Shown here one piece after another: positions 12,701 through 24,645 of a stretch of DNA of 64,000 bases (within the stretch, counting starts at the first letter, position 1; each line of letters opens with the position of its first letter). The notes under the pieces are model-generated. The model was not told the origin of the DNA. It worked only from the letters and a program-made list of their open reading frames with translations, and did not search any database. This stretch comes from Pelomyxa schiedti (lineage: Eukaryota > Protista > Evosea). The translations under genes were made by a program, and so were the position numbers. Location: assembly GCA_020536535.1 (NCBI GenBank), contig JAHLWZ010000150.1, positions 1 to 64,000 of the forward strand, written 5' to 3'.

Positions 12701-12756
12701 ATGAATTGCCTGGCAAGTGGTCTTTCACAACACCAACCCTCCCCTACTGGGTTTGA
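9742..12756 (+). CDS. RluA-family (RPUSD2/Pus8-9-like) RNA pseudouridine synthase; start codon unresolved
   Basis: Spliced motifs KRYVEPYW, HEPP, YKP, HPIG, LHRLDRVTSG (catalytic Asp), KYYLAR, TGRTHQIRIHL, FPIAND..YG. Confidence 0.88.
10310..10625 (+). repeat. Glu/Asp-rich low-complexity coding tract
   Basis: GAR/GAY codon run within ORF 9808-10809. Confidence 0.9.
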
Positions 12757-12888
12757 AGCCATTTTTCTCCCTTAAGTTTGGACAGGAACGAATGGGAGTC
12801 CGAGTTTTTTTTTTCTGTGTTTGTACGCGGTAACGAAATTTTGATCGTTCTCAAAAATCAGTTTCATCACAGCCAATCAATTAACGGA

Positions 12889-15800
12889 ATGAGGGGACGC
12901 GAGGGCAGCCGAGACCACAGGGGCAACTACGTAGGCGCCCGCGCAGATCTAAGCACAGAGAGCGGATCTACGCAGTGGGGTGTGTCGCAATTACGGGCGG
13001 CGGTGTTGCGCAGGGGCACAAGGATCGGCGGTTTCCTGCGCGAATTTGACCGCACGGGATTGGGCCGCGTGACCACCTCGCAGTTCGAACGAGCCGTCGC
13101 GTCCGCCGGCGCAGTGGTTCCTCCCGACGTGATTGCCGCCGTCGCGGCCGCGTTTCCTGCTCAGGGCTACGATGGAATGGTGTCTTGGAGAGATGCTGCT
13201 GCTGCCATAGACGGAGGCATGTTAATGCTCATGTTTCCTATGAAATTGCGTTAATTTTATCTATGGAGTGAAATCTTTTCTTTTTTAATTGGAATATGCA
13301 TTTATTTTTATGGCAGTACATGAGGGACGACCTCAAACTGGAGAAGAAAGACCAACGGAATTCAGTACTGCAAGAGCAAGACCACTCTCACCTCGAGGGG
13401 AGGAGGACTTACACAGGTGTGCCTTTTTTCTCCCTGGGAGATCCTAAATTTTTGAATCAGATTGCTTGCAAGAATACAAGAAGTTGTCAAGTCTAAGAAC
13501 ATCTGCTTACAAAATTTATTCCAACCTTTTGATAAAATGAACACTGGGTAATTGATATACAACATATGTTTCCTGCTTATTTCCACAGGTTTGTCACACA
13601 GAAGCAATTTGAGTGTGCCATACCCTTTGTTAACTCGTTGGAGCAAAGGCAATTGCTGGTACGAAAGTTTGGGAATCGTCAGACAGGAGATGTAGATTAT
13701 GTGGCTTTTCATAAAATGTGCAGTGCCTTCGGCAAGTGGTTTTTTCTTGTTGTGGGACGTTTAATAATAACTGTTGTTGATATCAGACACCGCGGAAGCA
13801 CTTCGCAGTCGGCCCCCAAGTGCGCCCAAGCAAGAGCTTACACTTGATGACATTCTATCCAAAATAGCTGCTGGTGTGAGAGCTCGTGGTCTTAGGCTGA
13901 AATCCTTCTTTGCTGATTATGATAGAGTTCGAAATGGTTTTCCACTCACAATAAGACAATTGGATATAGTAACTTACTTGCAAATTCATTAACATCCTTA
14001 CAGGCTGGATACCTGAAAGTAAGTTTTTGTCAGGCTTGTCAATCAGCCTTGTTGCCCCTTGGGCAACACAAACCGATATGGAGAAGATAGTTCGCAGTTT
14101 TGGATCTGATGGACAAGTGAACTATATAGCTTTTTGCAGCAAAGTGGAAGATGGTAAGTACCGAGTAGTCAAGTCTCTTTCTTAAAAAGTACAGATGGCG
14201 ATAGTTCTTTTCGTGCAGTTGAACCTGCTGAACCTGTACAGCTGCACTCTCCTCCTGGCACGCCTAAAGAGGATAGCCACAGAGGCTACTCATCACAAGT
14301 AGAATCCTTAAAGTTATAGTTTCAGAACACTCAATCCTTTCCCTTTTTTTTTTTTTTTTATTAAATAAGGACAAGCCAAACCCGCAGAAAATTATTTCGC
14401 GGGTTCAAACTATTATTGCCAGCAGAGGAATTAATCTGTGGACCTGCTTTTCTGACTTTGATCGCCAAAGTACGGGGAGGATAAGCCCGCCTCTTTTTAG
14501 GTATAACCTCTTACATATGTTAGACAGTATGAAGGCGTGTAATGCGCTTCCTCGTTAACTGCATTTCCCAGGCGTGCATTGTGTTCAGTCGGAATAGAGT
14601 TGAGTGAAATGGAATTTCAGCTACTCACTGACCAGTACTATATCGAAACGCACAATTCCGTTAATTATGTCTCTTTTATCCGTGATACCTATCCTACTGG
14701 TTTTTTCTTCAGGTCTTGATACTTAATCTAAGCCCTCCACAGAAAGATCTTCGAGCAGAAGTCGAACACCTGCCACTTTTGTACAGCCGAACTCAGCGCG
14801 ACCCTCCCCAATTAAAGAGAGACCCGATGTCCCAATAAGCAGCTGTCTAACTCCTAGTCGTGCAAGAGAGGCTTCAAGGGTTGCTATGGCGAGCCCGGGT
14901 AGGGCATATTCACCGAGTTCAAGTCGCACAACCAATAGCATAACCATCACAACATCACCCATTGCAACTACTTCACCAAGATCCGTAACTCTTTTGGATG
15001 TACTTGCCAGAATATCTGCCTTCTGCAACTCGCGTAGCATAAACCTTCGCGATTTATTCAAGGATTTCGACACAAGGAGGACAGGTGCCGTCAGTAGGGA
15101 CCATGTAAGTTTCAGCTTCCTGAAGAAAGCCTTACTTGCTGTAGTTTTCTCGTTCCCTCAGTCAACTCTCATTGAATCTGAATGGCAGGGAACTTGAATT
15201 AATTGCCAAGGAATTCGAGTCCAACAAAACACCAGGGTACATCAATTATAACTTGTTTGTATCCGCCTTATATCCGGCCGTTCAAGGTACACCTCAAATT
15301 TGGTTGTTGGTCTCACATATACTTAGATACTAGCACAACACGCTCCCTGTCATCTACTGGGATAAGATCCGAGGGTACACCAGCGGTACAGAGAACTCTT
15401 CCCCCTTCTGGAGATAATGGTATTTACAGTACATTTACCCTACACATTTATCATTAAACTCAGTTGATAAGCTTCTTCAACATCTGCGGCAGTGGAGCGA
15501 CTCCCAGGGCCTCCTTATCACCCCTTTTTTCAAGGCACTCATTTCACGTTTGTTCTCTTTTTAAAACGACATGGATTGTATTGTTGTTGTCTTGAAACTA
15601 AATTCTAAAAACCACGTAAGTATTATCCTTAATTTCCACAGATTTTTGACCAACACAATCGAGAATGTATCACTAGAGAGCAATTTTCCCACGCTTTCGA
15701 ATCTATGGGCAGCAGCCTGTCTATGGCTCAGGTAGGATCGTGATGCATTCAGTGGTGGTTTTAATTCTTACCTGAAAAAGGTTGCCCTTCTCTCCTCTGA

Positions 15801-16686
15801 GTATATGCTACCAGATGGTCGTGTTGACTACATATCTTTCCTGAAAGACATAGAAAGTTACAGCCCAAATACTGGACCACCAGTGAGCTCACGCAGTCTC
15901 AGTCGCTCTGCAGGCCCCAAAATACTAACGATCGATAATTTGTTAGCCAAACTTCAACAGCGAGTAATAAGTCACTCTATCAACACCCAAGACTTTTTCA
16001 AAGAGTTTGATCCTTTGAGTATGGTCATCTATCTCACTTTCAGGCTTGTATCATAATTACAACTTTGTCAACTAGGGAGAGGCATCATACCACAAACCAA
16101 ATTTCGGGCTGTCCTTCAGTTATGCGGGTTCAATTTAACGGAGGAAGAGCTCTATGTTATAGAATCTCATTTCAAAATCGACGAAGTCTCCCCCATACCA
16201 ACTATTGATTACCACAGCTTCTGTGCTAGCATAACCCCGAGTATCTCCAATAGCAATTTTCCAAATCTCTTTACAAATTTACCCAACAAGGTTTTCCTGA
16301 AAGAAATGAACAACCAGAAGATACTAACTGTGTGGAAAGCAGGCTTTCACAGCGCGAAGAAGACCAAGTTCGGGGTATCCTTACTGACTTGAAGAACTTT
16401 GTGAGACTGAACAGGATCAACTTGTTGCCCACTTTACAAGATTTTGATATGTGCGCCTCTTACCCTCCTCTCATTGGAACCTTTCAAAAAGTACTCACCA
16501 CACAGCAGAAAACAAGAAGGAACCGTGACACGGGCGCAACTCCTCTCTGGCTTCCGGATTCTCAGATTATCATGCATTACACAACAAGACATAGAGCTTC
16601 TGGCTCGCAAGTTCGCCCACAAATATCGCCCAGAGTTGGTTTGCTACCGAGCACTCATCAATGCACTCCAACCCAAAGCACCCTGA
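12889..16686 (+). CDS. Multi-EF-hand repeat protein (EFCAB6-like)
   Basis: About eight repeats of the type FLREFDRTGLGRVTTSQF, LFQPFDKMNTG, FFADYDRVRN, FSDFDRQSTGRIS, LFKDFDTRRTGAVS, FFKEFDPL, LQDFD, separated by introns. Confidence 0.75.
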
Positions 16687-16828
16687 TCTCATTCACCACT
16701 TTTGGCTTTGTAGTAATTCGTTCGTTCATTCGCCTCATTTGATGATCATCTCACTATTAGCAGAACTGAAGTAGGGGCAATAAGAGAAGGAAAAACAGAA
16801 GCGGAGTTGGTTGTGTGTCAAGGCGGCA

Positions 16829-19450
16829 ATGTCGACGTCGTGTGGTGAAGTGACAGTGGACAGGGATTTTCTCATACAAGTGCCGGCAGGACCACCGGAG
16901 ATAGACCCCGACGAAATCGAGGTTGAGTAGTGGCGTGCATTGCCATTGCTTGTTTAGCTATGCCATTGACGATATACTACAGTACTTGGATAAGGTCGGG
17001 GAGGGGTGTTTTGGGAGTGTGTGGCTTGGGAGGTGCAGGAGACAGTTGGTGGCGGTAAAGGTACTGAGTGGCCACGCGGACCAAAATGCTAAAGCGTCAT
17101 TTCTCGCTGAAGTCAAGATAATGAGGCACAGTTTCTTTATCCTTTGGGGTGTTATTTCTTACAATGTGGCAAATGAAGTAAGGTCACCAATGCAAATGTA
17201 TGCCTGTTCTTTGGGAGTTCAACTGGGCCCGACGGAGAACTTGCTTTAGTTATGGAATATCTTCCAAAGGGAGACCTCGAGTCTTTACTGTCATCCAAGT
17301 ACTTTCGTACTACCATAATGTGGTAGTGGTGATAATGTGCAGAGAGGAACTGCCTTTGTTACTCAGGTTGAGAATGGCATGTGACGCTGCACGTGGTTTG
17401 GTTTGGCTACACAAATCGAACCCCTTGATCCTCCACAGGGACTTGAAAACTAGCAACCTTCTTGTAAATGACCAATACCGAGTAAAGCTATGTGGTACGT
17501 ACCGTTCTCTCATTCATTCATGCAAGTAAGTCGCAATCAAGACTTCGGGCTTGCTGCACTCTGTCCTAGAGGAAAAGCCCTGAAATCTGGGGAAGCTATT
17601 GGCACGCCTGTCTACATAGGTATCACGGAGTGGTTCAACCTTTACAACAGTGACATTACTCAGCCCCTGAAGTACTTGTTGGTGAACAGTACTCCAGCAA
17701 GTCGGACGTATACTCATTTGGAATATGCCTGTAATGTGACTTCCCCTATCCCTTCCACACTCCTGCCTCAGAGAAGAAATAATCAAGCTTACATATCATT
17801 TAGATGGGAAATATACACTAGAGAGGAACCTTTTCCTGAGACACAGACTTTCAATGGTTGACTCCGACATAGATCTCAATTCTGGCAATTCTAATCAGTT
17901 CCTCTTTAAAGATGTTGCTCGCGCTGTTGTTGTAAATAAAGAAAGGCCTCCAATTTATGCTGATTGTCCTGCTGAGCTGGCTCAATTAATGAAAAGTTGC
18001 TGGCATGAAGTAGGGATCATTAGTAGTTACAATCAACTCAATTGCACCTAGAACCCTGCTGATCGGCCCAATATTTCGGACGTGTTAGACCAGTATGTAG
18101 TTACCATAAGATATTTATTTGACACTTTGCAGATTAGAAAGAATTTCAGTGGAACTTGCCATTGCTGACGACTGGGGAAGATACTTTTGGATAAGGTATT
18201 ACAATACTATAAATGTTAGTTTTAAAACACATGTAGCTTCTTCCCAGGAGAGGTTTGTAAACGACTCTGTGTCTGTACTTGTCCATTTCTCTTATGGCAA
18301 TTAGACGTCAGTATATTGGGGCGAATTTTGGAAATTCTTCTTGGAACAGTATCCTGGCAAAAACTCTGTGACACCACAAATTAAGGAATGCCTGCGACTG
18401 ATATTATGTATGGTATCCCATGTATCTCAGTTTTTTAATCTTTCTAGGCGACCCCAAAGATAAAAATCTTGTGAGCATTAGCAATTTTGACAGGCTCTTC
18501 CGGTTGTTTGGCAGTGGTTGGGATGACGTCTCCGGGAAAGTTGTCACTACTGTATGCACAATAACTCACTTTGAAACATCTAAACTGTAGAAAGGTGCAT
18601 AGCCTGTGCTCTCAACTCTATTTCCATGGGGAACTCACCAGTGCTGAGGCGTATGATAAATTGATCCCTCTATCCCAAGGCCATTTCCTTGTGCGCTTCA
18701 GGTTGGTATTGTCTTTCATGTCCTTCATTCGTTTAACAACAAAAAAAGCACAGAGGTTGGCTTTTTCACCATTTCCCGGCGAGATGTTGACTCTGTTGAC
18801 CACCATAGGTTTTACTACTCCTTTGTTCCTTGCAGTGCTTAGTTCTTCCTTGTCAGAGTCCAACACATGCCAGATGGAAAATTACTGTTGGAGGGCCTTA
18901 CATTCGAGAACATGTCCGAACTGGTAGTGTCTTGTCTTCCTTTGTAGCTGGTACTTATCATACTCAACAGATTAGTTCCTTCAGCTGTGTTCTGACTAAC
19001 CCATGTCAATGTTCCACTTTTGAAAACATTTTCGTTCAGCCTAGCCCAACAGAAACCCCGATAAGGCGTGCTCGGTGGAATTCGAGCAGTGGAATCAAGA
19101 AACTATCTGATGTGGCAGCAGCCAGAACTGCCCAAATGAAAGCCAAAACTGAACTCACCATATGCACGAAAGCAACACCTCCCACGTCTACAGCGCACAG
19201 TCCGGCACTGCTCGTGCCACCCCCTTCCCCAACAGGTTATTTCTCTTCTCGTACCCGTGCATCGGGCGCTCACCACCGCGCAGAGCGAAGAGCGTCACCA
19301 CGCAGATCTCTTGTTGAGCTATCTCGATCTCTCTCACCGTGTCCCCCCTCGCAACGGCCCTCTGTGCAACCACCCTCCACTCTCCAACTAGGAACAGTAA
19401 ACCCTCCCATACCACCGCTCCTACCAGAACCGTCCACAGGCGGTCTCTGA
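16829..19450 (+). CDS. Shk-type tyrosine-kinase-like kinase with a C-terminal SH2 domain
   Basis: GPPEIDPDEIE, VGEGCFGSVWLGRCRRQLVAVK, HRDLKTSN, DFGLA, GTPVY, and SH2 YFHGELTSAEA...GHFLVRF; this order matches the Dictyostelium Shk kinases. Confidence 0.85.
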
Positions 19451-19659
19451 TTTTTTTAGAAATAATGATAAAAAATACTAACATCCGAGTATCTTTGGAT
19501 CTCGTTCCCCTTAAATTTCATTACCCTTGTTTCGTCGAATGATCGACCGGGGATTGCTGTCAAAGACGCAGGGGAGTGGTGCATAGAAAAGCGGGAGGCA
19601 GAAAGTTATGTAGAAGTCGTCACAAGTGAAAATAAAATAAAATCAAGCAAGAAGGAGGG

Positions 19660-20603
19660 ATGAGCTGCGTTTTGTTGTGCGACGATGGACAGCAGTACAG
19701 CGTAACTATCTCACCAAAGGGGAAAGGAGTCGGTACTATTCAGGCAACGGGAATGACGTCGTGCGAGATCTACCAGGGAGACTTCCATACTGGCGACTTA
19801 CCTCCTAAAGCCATGATCTCACTAATAAGCTCTGGAATCTTATTAACGTGGTACGTCCACAATTTACCTCTTTTTTTTATTTCTAACTGATGCAAAAAAA
19901 AAGTCGTTCTGAAGATCCAGCATTGACCAAAGTCGATCCTATCCGTGTCTCTCAGGTCCAATTGTTCCCGGAATTGAACACCCTTCTTCATCCTTCAACT
20001 TCGAAGAGAGATTTCTGCACTGCAACCCCGAGTCCAGGGTATACTGCCACACGGAATTGTGATACTCCGCTCTTATTGAGGCTTGAGTTCCACGGCTCAT
20101 CAGTAAATCTCACAAGGATTAACCAAACCCCCTTGGAGCAAAGGTTGATGCTCCATGAAAGGGTACTTACAGCTATCGAATCACGTTCCCGGGCTTCAGC
20201 AAATGAGCTGGAACACAAGATAGAGGCTCTTCGGAAAGAAGTGGAAAGCATTACATTACGCCAAGTGCCTGTTGTAACACCATGGCAAAGTTTCTCTACT
20301 GGCACCATTCTGCAAGTTGAACTCGCCACCCTTGGAATTACTTCAATGGATCACTATGTTTGCGAGTACCGCTTTGGCTCCGACTCTAAGGTGTTCACCC
20401 TCACTACTGACACTTGTTCTCAGGCCAGGGGTGCTTGGTTTTGTGCCGGAACATTCTGTGATGGAGCCAGAGTGGGGCTAGTTGTATGTGAGAATCACCC
20501 CATCATTGGTATAGGGCTATGGTTACCCTCAGGCACACCTCCTCACTACTGCACAAGGGAAACTTGGGAGATACGATTCAAAGTATGGGGAAGGAGGTCC
20601 TGA
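19660..20603 (+). CDS. Hypothetical protein (short coiled coil plus beta-rich C-terminus)
   Basis: ATG 19660, probably one intron, 237-aa ORF 19890-20603; no family recognised. Confidence 0.55.
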
Positions 20604-20803
20604 TGCATTGACCTGAACTCAGTGTCCGTCTCCAGAATTCAAGATAGAAATATCCACCTCTAGTACCTATTTGTGAAATAGATCAACATAAGACCATCGG
20701 CTCAATTGCACCGAAAAAAAAAGCGAAAAAGAAAAAAAAATCAAAAGGAAGAAGTTTCATTACTATCAAATAAATCGTTCCCCAGCACACCGTATCGACA
20801 CAC

Positions 20804-22808
20804 ATGGGTCTCGACATTTTGTTGTTCCGAGCAGACAACGCGGACGGACAGGGGCCTGAGTCTGTAAGGGACTCTCAGCGACGTCGTTTTGCCCCCGTTG
20901 AGCTCGTCGACGAAGTAATCCGTCTCGATCAAGAGTGGAGAACCGGTATCATATCACGCGTCCTTTTTCCCATTCAACTCTATGGGTTTTTTTTTCCCCC
21001 GTTTTTCCGTTCCTCTATGTTACCAGTTTCTTACGGGGTGTGATAGCGCGATTCAACTTGGACCAGGCCAATAAGGAGCTTGGGAGACTGAAAAAGTCCA
21101 TTGGTGAAATGCAGATTGCCAAGAAGAAGGGCAAAGCTGTCTCCGCCGAGGACGAGCAAGCCGCACTCGCCAAGAAAGTTGCTCTCGAGGCCAGCCTCGA
21201 GGGTCTTGAGCACAAGGAGGAAGAAGCCAAGAACGCCGTGGATGCCAAGTTGCCTCACATTGGAAACATTGTGCACCCTTCCGTGCCTGTCAGCGCCGAT
21301 GAGGTGTGTCAAGAATATCTTTCTTCTAATTATTGTTATTATGGTGTATTGTTATGACTGGTATAAGATTTTAATGAATTGGGGGTGTCCGTTGTAAATT
21401 CTTTTCTTGTAGAAGGACAACTTGGTTTACAAGACGTGGGGCGAGCCTGTGCCCCTTGAAGGTGGACACTATCACTCTGAGCTTCTTGCTATGATTGATG
21501 GTTATGACCAAGAAAGAGGTTTGATAATTTTCGTACTGTTTTCTCCCTATTAAGTGCAGTGACGATTTTGGGTTTTGTAGAAATTTTTACTCGAGTAACT
21601 GACTCTTGATAAAGGTACAAAGGTTGGCGGCCACCGTGCATACTTCCTCAAGGGATGGGGTGTTAAGCTCAATCTTGCTCTCATCAACTACGGCATTACC
21701 TTCCTCGAATCAAAGGGCTACACACCAATGCACACACCCTTCTTCATGAAGAAAACTGTGATGGCACTTACTGCACAGCTATCAGAGTTTGACGACCAGC
21801 TCTACAAGGTCGGAGAGGGGACTGTGAAGGATCCTGATGACTATGATGAGAAGTACCTCATTGCAACCTCAGAGCAACCTTTGTCCGGTTTCCATCTTGG
21901 AGAGTGGATGGTACCGTCATCACTTCCCCTCAAGTACTGTGGCTACAGCACAAACTTCAGGAAGGAGGCTGGTGCTCACGGCAGGGTACGCTTTCTTTTG
22001 TTTTGTTCTCGAATTTTCCAACCATTGTTAGGATACATGGGGAATCTTCCGTGTACATCAGTTTGAGAAGATTGAGCAGTTTGTTTTGAGCAAACCAAGC
22101 GAGTCATGGGCCGTGCATGAGGAAATGCTTGCCACTGCAGAAGAATTCTACCAATCAGTACGCCGCAATTCGGCCATTCTTTCCCTTAATATCTCGATAG
22201 CTTGGCTTCTCTTACCGAGTTGTTTCAATTGTAAGTGGTGCTCTTAACAACGCTGCCGCTAAGAAGTACGACCTTGAAGCATGGTTCCCCAAGTTCAGGG
22301 AGTTCAAAGAGCTCGTCTCTTGCTCAAATTGCACTGACTACCAAGCTCGATCACTCGAGGTATTTCTTTTTCAACTACAAGAAAATAGCCGTTCTGAAAT
22401 TTGCTTCCACAGGTGAGGTGCGGCATGAAGAAGGAGGGAGTCAAGAAGAAGGAATACGTCCACATGCTCAACAGCACACTTTGCGCAACTGAGCGAACTC
22501 TGTGCTGCCTCCTTGAGAACTGCCAAACGCCACAAGGTATCAGAGTGCCGGCACCACTTAGACCATTCTTGGGTGGTGTGGAGATAATTCCCTACACGAA
22601 GCCGTGCCCCAAGAGGCCATCCACTGTCCCCGCTCCAACAGCAGCCGCTACTACTACAACAACCTCATCAGCAACAGCATCCACAACAACAACAGCTACT
22701 CCAGCAAGTACCCCAGTTACTACCCCAGCTGTTACCCCAGCTACTACACCAGCTGTTACCCCTGCAGCTGAGACACCCGCCAAGCCCACAACTGGAGGAA
22801 GCTCATAA
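20804..22808 (+). CDS. SARS1: Cytosolic seryl-tRNA synthetase with a Thr/Pro/Ala-rich C-terminal tail
   Basis: [72 protein letters not shown]. Confidence 0.97.
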
Positions 22809-22921
22809 CACCCACAGTTCCACAAGACAATCCACTTGTTCTTTTGAAAATGAGGAAAAAAATGCACTTTACAAGCCAATTGGTTTTTTTTTACAGTACA
22901 GTGGTTTTGTGGAGTAGAATG

Positions 22922-24503
22922 TTACGTTAGGGAGAGTAGAAACTGACGAAGGTTGTCAGGGGTCGAGGCGTGCCGCCGTACTACATTTAAGTAGAGAGAG
23001 GAATACTTTACAGTTGAAATGAGGTGTGACTTGTCTTTGGCGGAGCAGTTTTGAAGAACATCCAACCACTCTTTCACTACCTGTGGGATAGGTAAGTTCT
23101 ATTAAGGGGTTTGACTGTAGTGAATGTACCCCAATATTACTGGACTGAAGATAGGGGTTCGTTGGAGAGCAACGATCCCATAAGACCAGGGATCCTGTTA
23201 GAGCATAGGCAGCGAGATTTTCATCACAAAAGAATATCGTGGACAGACGGTGTTCTAGACTTTAGTTGACGTAAAAATTGGTATGAAAGGAGGATTCATC
23301 GTACCAGTTAAGGGAGCCGGGATCTGGAGTTAACATGCACGCATACGAATTAGCAAGCAGAACCAATTTGTCGAGAACTTGAAGGGGCATAAGATGTGTT
23401 ATACATGATTGAAGTTCTCGGGTCATTGGATCTACAAGAAATATCACAAACAATAGTTGAGAAATAGACCTCACCAGAATTAGCAAAGAAAAAAGCCATG
23501 GAATTAATCAAAGAGGAATCCTTCTTGGAATCTTCCGGCATCGTGTCAAGTAAACGGTGATAGTAAGCTAGAGTGTTTTGTAAGTGCGGTTTGGACATCT
23601 ATCGAAAGTTCAGAATATAGGGAATAAGGAACTTATACTTTGATGTTATCAAATTTTATTGCGAATTCGAGCATTTGGCAAAAGTCGAGAACACTCCAAG
23701 CAAAGGAAGAACTTGTAGGAGGAAGTGTCACAATAGAACTCACAGCAACTTTACACTTAGCATCTTGTGTGTGTTATGGGATACATTTCAGAGAAGTATT
23801 GTACTCAATTCTTGTCCAAACTTATAATATTCCAGGAGTTCATTTATGATGGCCATTATCGAAGGCATAGCTTCTTCATGAATGCCAGCAAATTTGTATG
23901 CCTGCAGGCCTTATTTTGGTGACTGACGTTTTTGTAATGTTTATTATGTGGCTCTCAGGCTTAATAGTGTTTTGTGACTGAAAAAAAAAAAAAGTAGTGG
24001 CACCTCCGAAATAAGAGACGCACAACCCTGTAATTGCTCTATTTTTAGTATGAATTCTCTTCCCCTGTCAAAAAAATCTGGCACCAAGAGTCATGCACGC
24101 GTCAATAAGTTGAAACAAGTACTCACCACAGCGTTCCCATCTCAACACGGCCAATTTCCAAGAACTCTCAGCTTTCACAGCCACACGCATCAGCACCTTT
24201 GCCAAACCTATTACATATTTATAAAAAAGAAGGTCAGAAATGATAAGAGTCCGTTCACAGCCATAACAACAAACGGTAATCAATGGTGACACAAGAAGAG
24301 TGCGAAGTACCTTCCCAAACGACCTCGTCGTTGGCCAACAGACGAAGTGACTTGCACGTCGCGGACACGTTGCGGAGCGAGACGCAGTCCAAGAACGACA
24401 GCACCAACTTGATCACGTGCTCAGGCATGCCCGAAAAGCCACACGGCCACCACCCCTCCCCGTCCGACGGAGTCGTGGTAGTTGGTGTCGCTGCGTCCCC
24501 CAT
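22922..24503 (-). CDS. F-box protein with a helical (TPR-like) C-terminal region
   Basis: F-box MPEHVIKLVLSFLDCVSLRNVSATCKSLRLLANDEVVW; downstream short exons end at a TAA at 22922. Confidence 0.65.
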
Positions 24504-24545
24504 CACTGATCCAACAACACTAAAATCGTTCGCCGCTTCTCACTT

Positions 24546-24645
24546 NNNNNNNNNNNNNNNNNNNNNNNNNNNNNNNNNNNNNNNNNNNNNNNNNNNNNNN
24601 NNNNNNNNNNNNNNNNNNNNNNNNNNNNNNNNNNNNNNNNNNNNN
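24546..24645. other. Scaffold gap (100 N); true length 375 bp if filled by 122-496
   Basis: Flanks match the two ends of 1-617. Confidence 0.9.
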
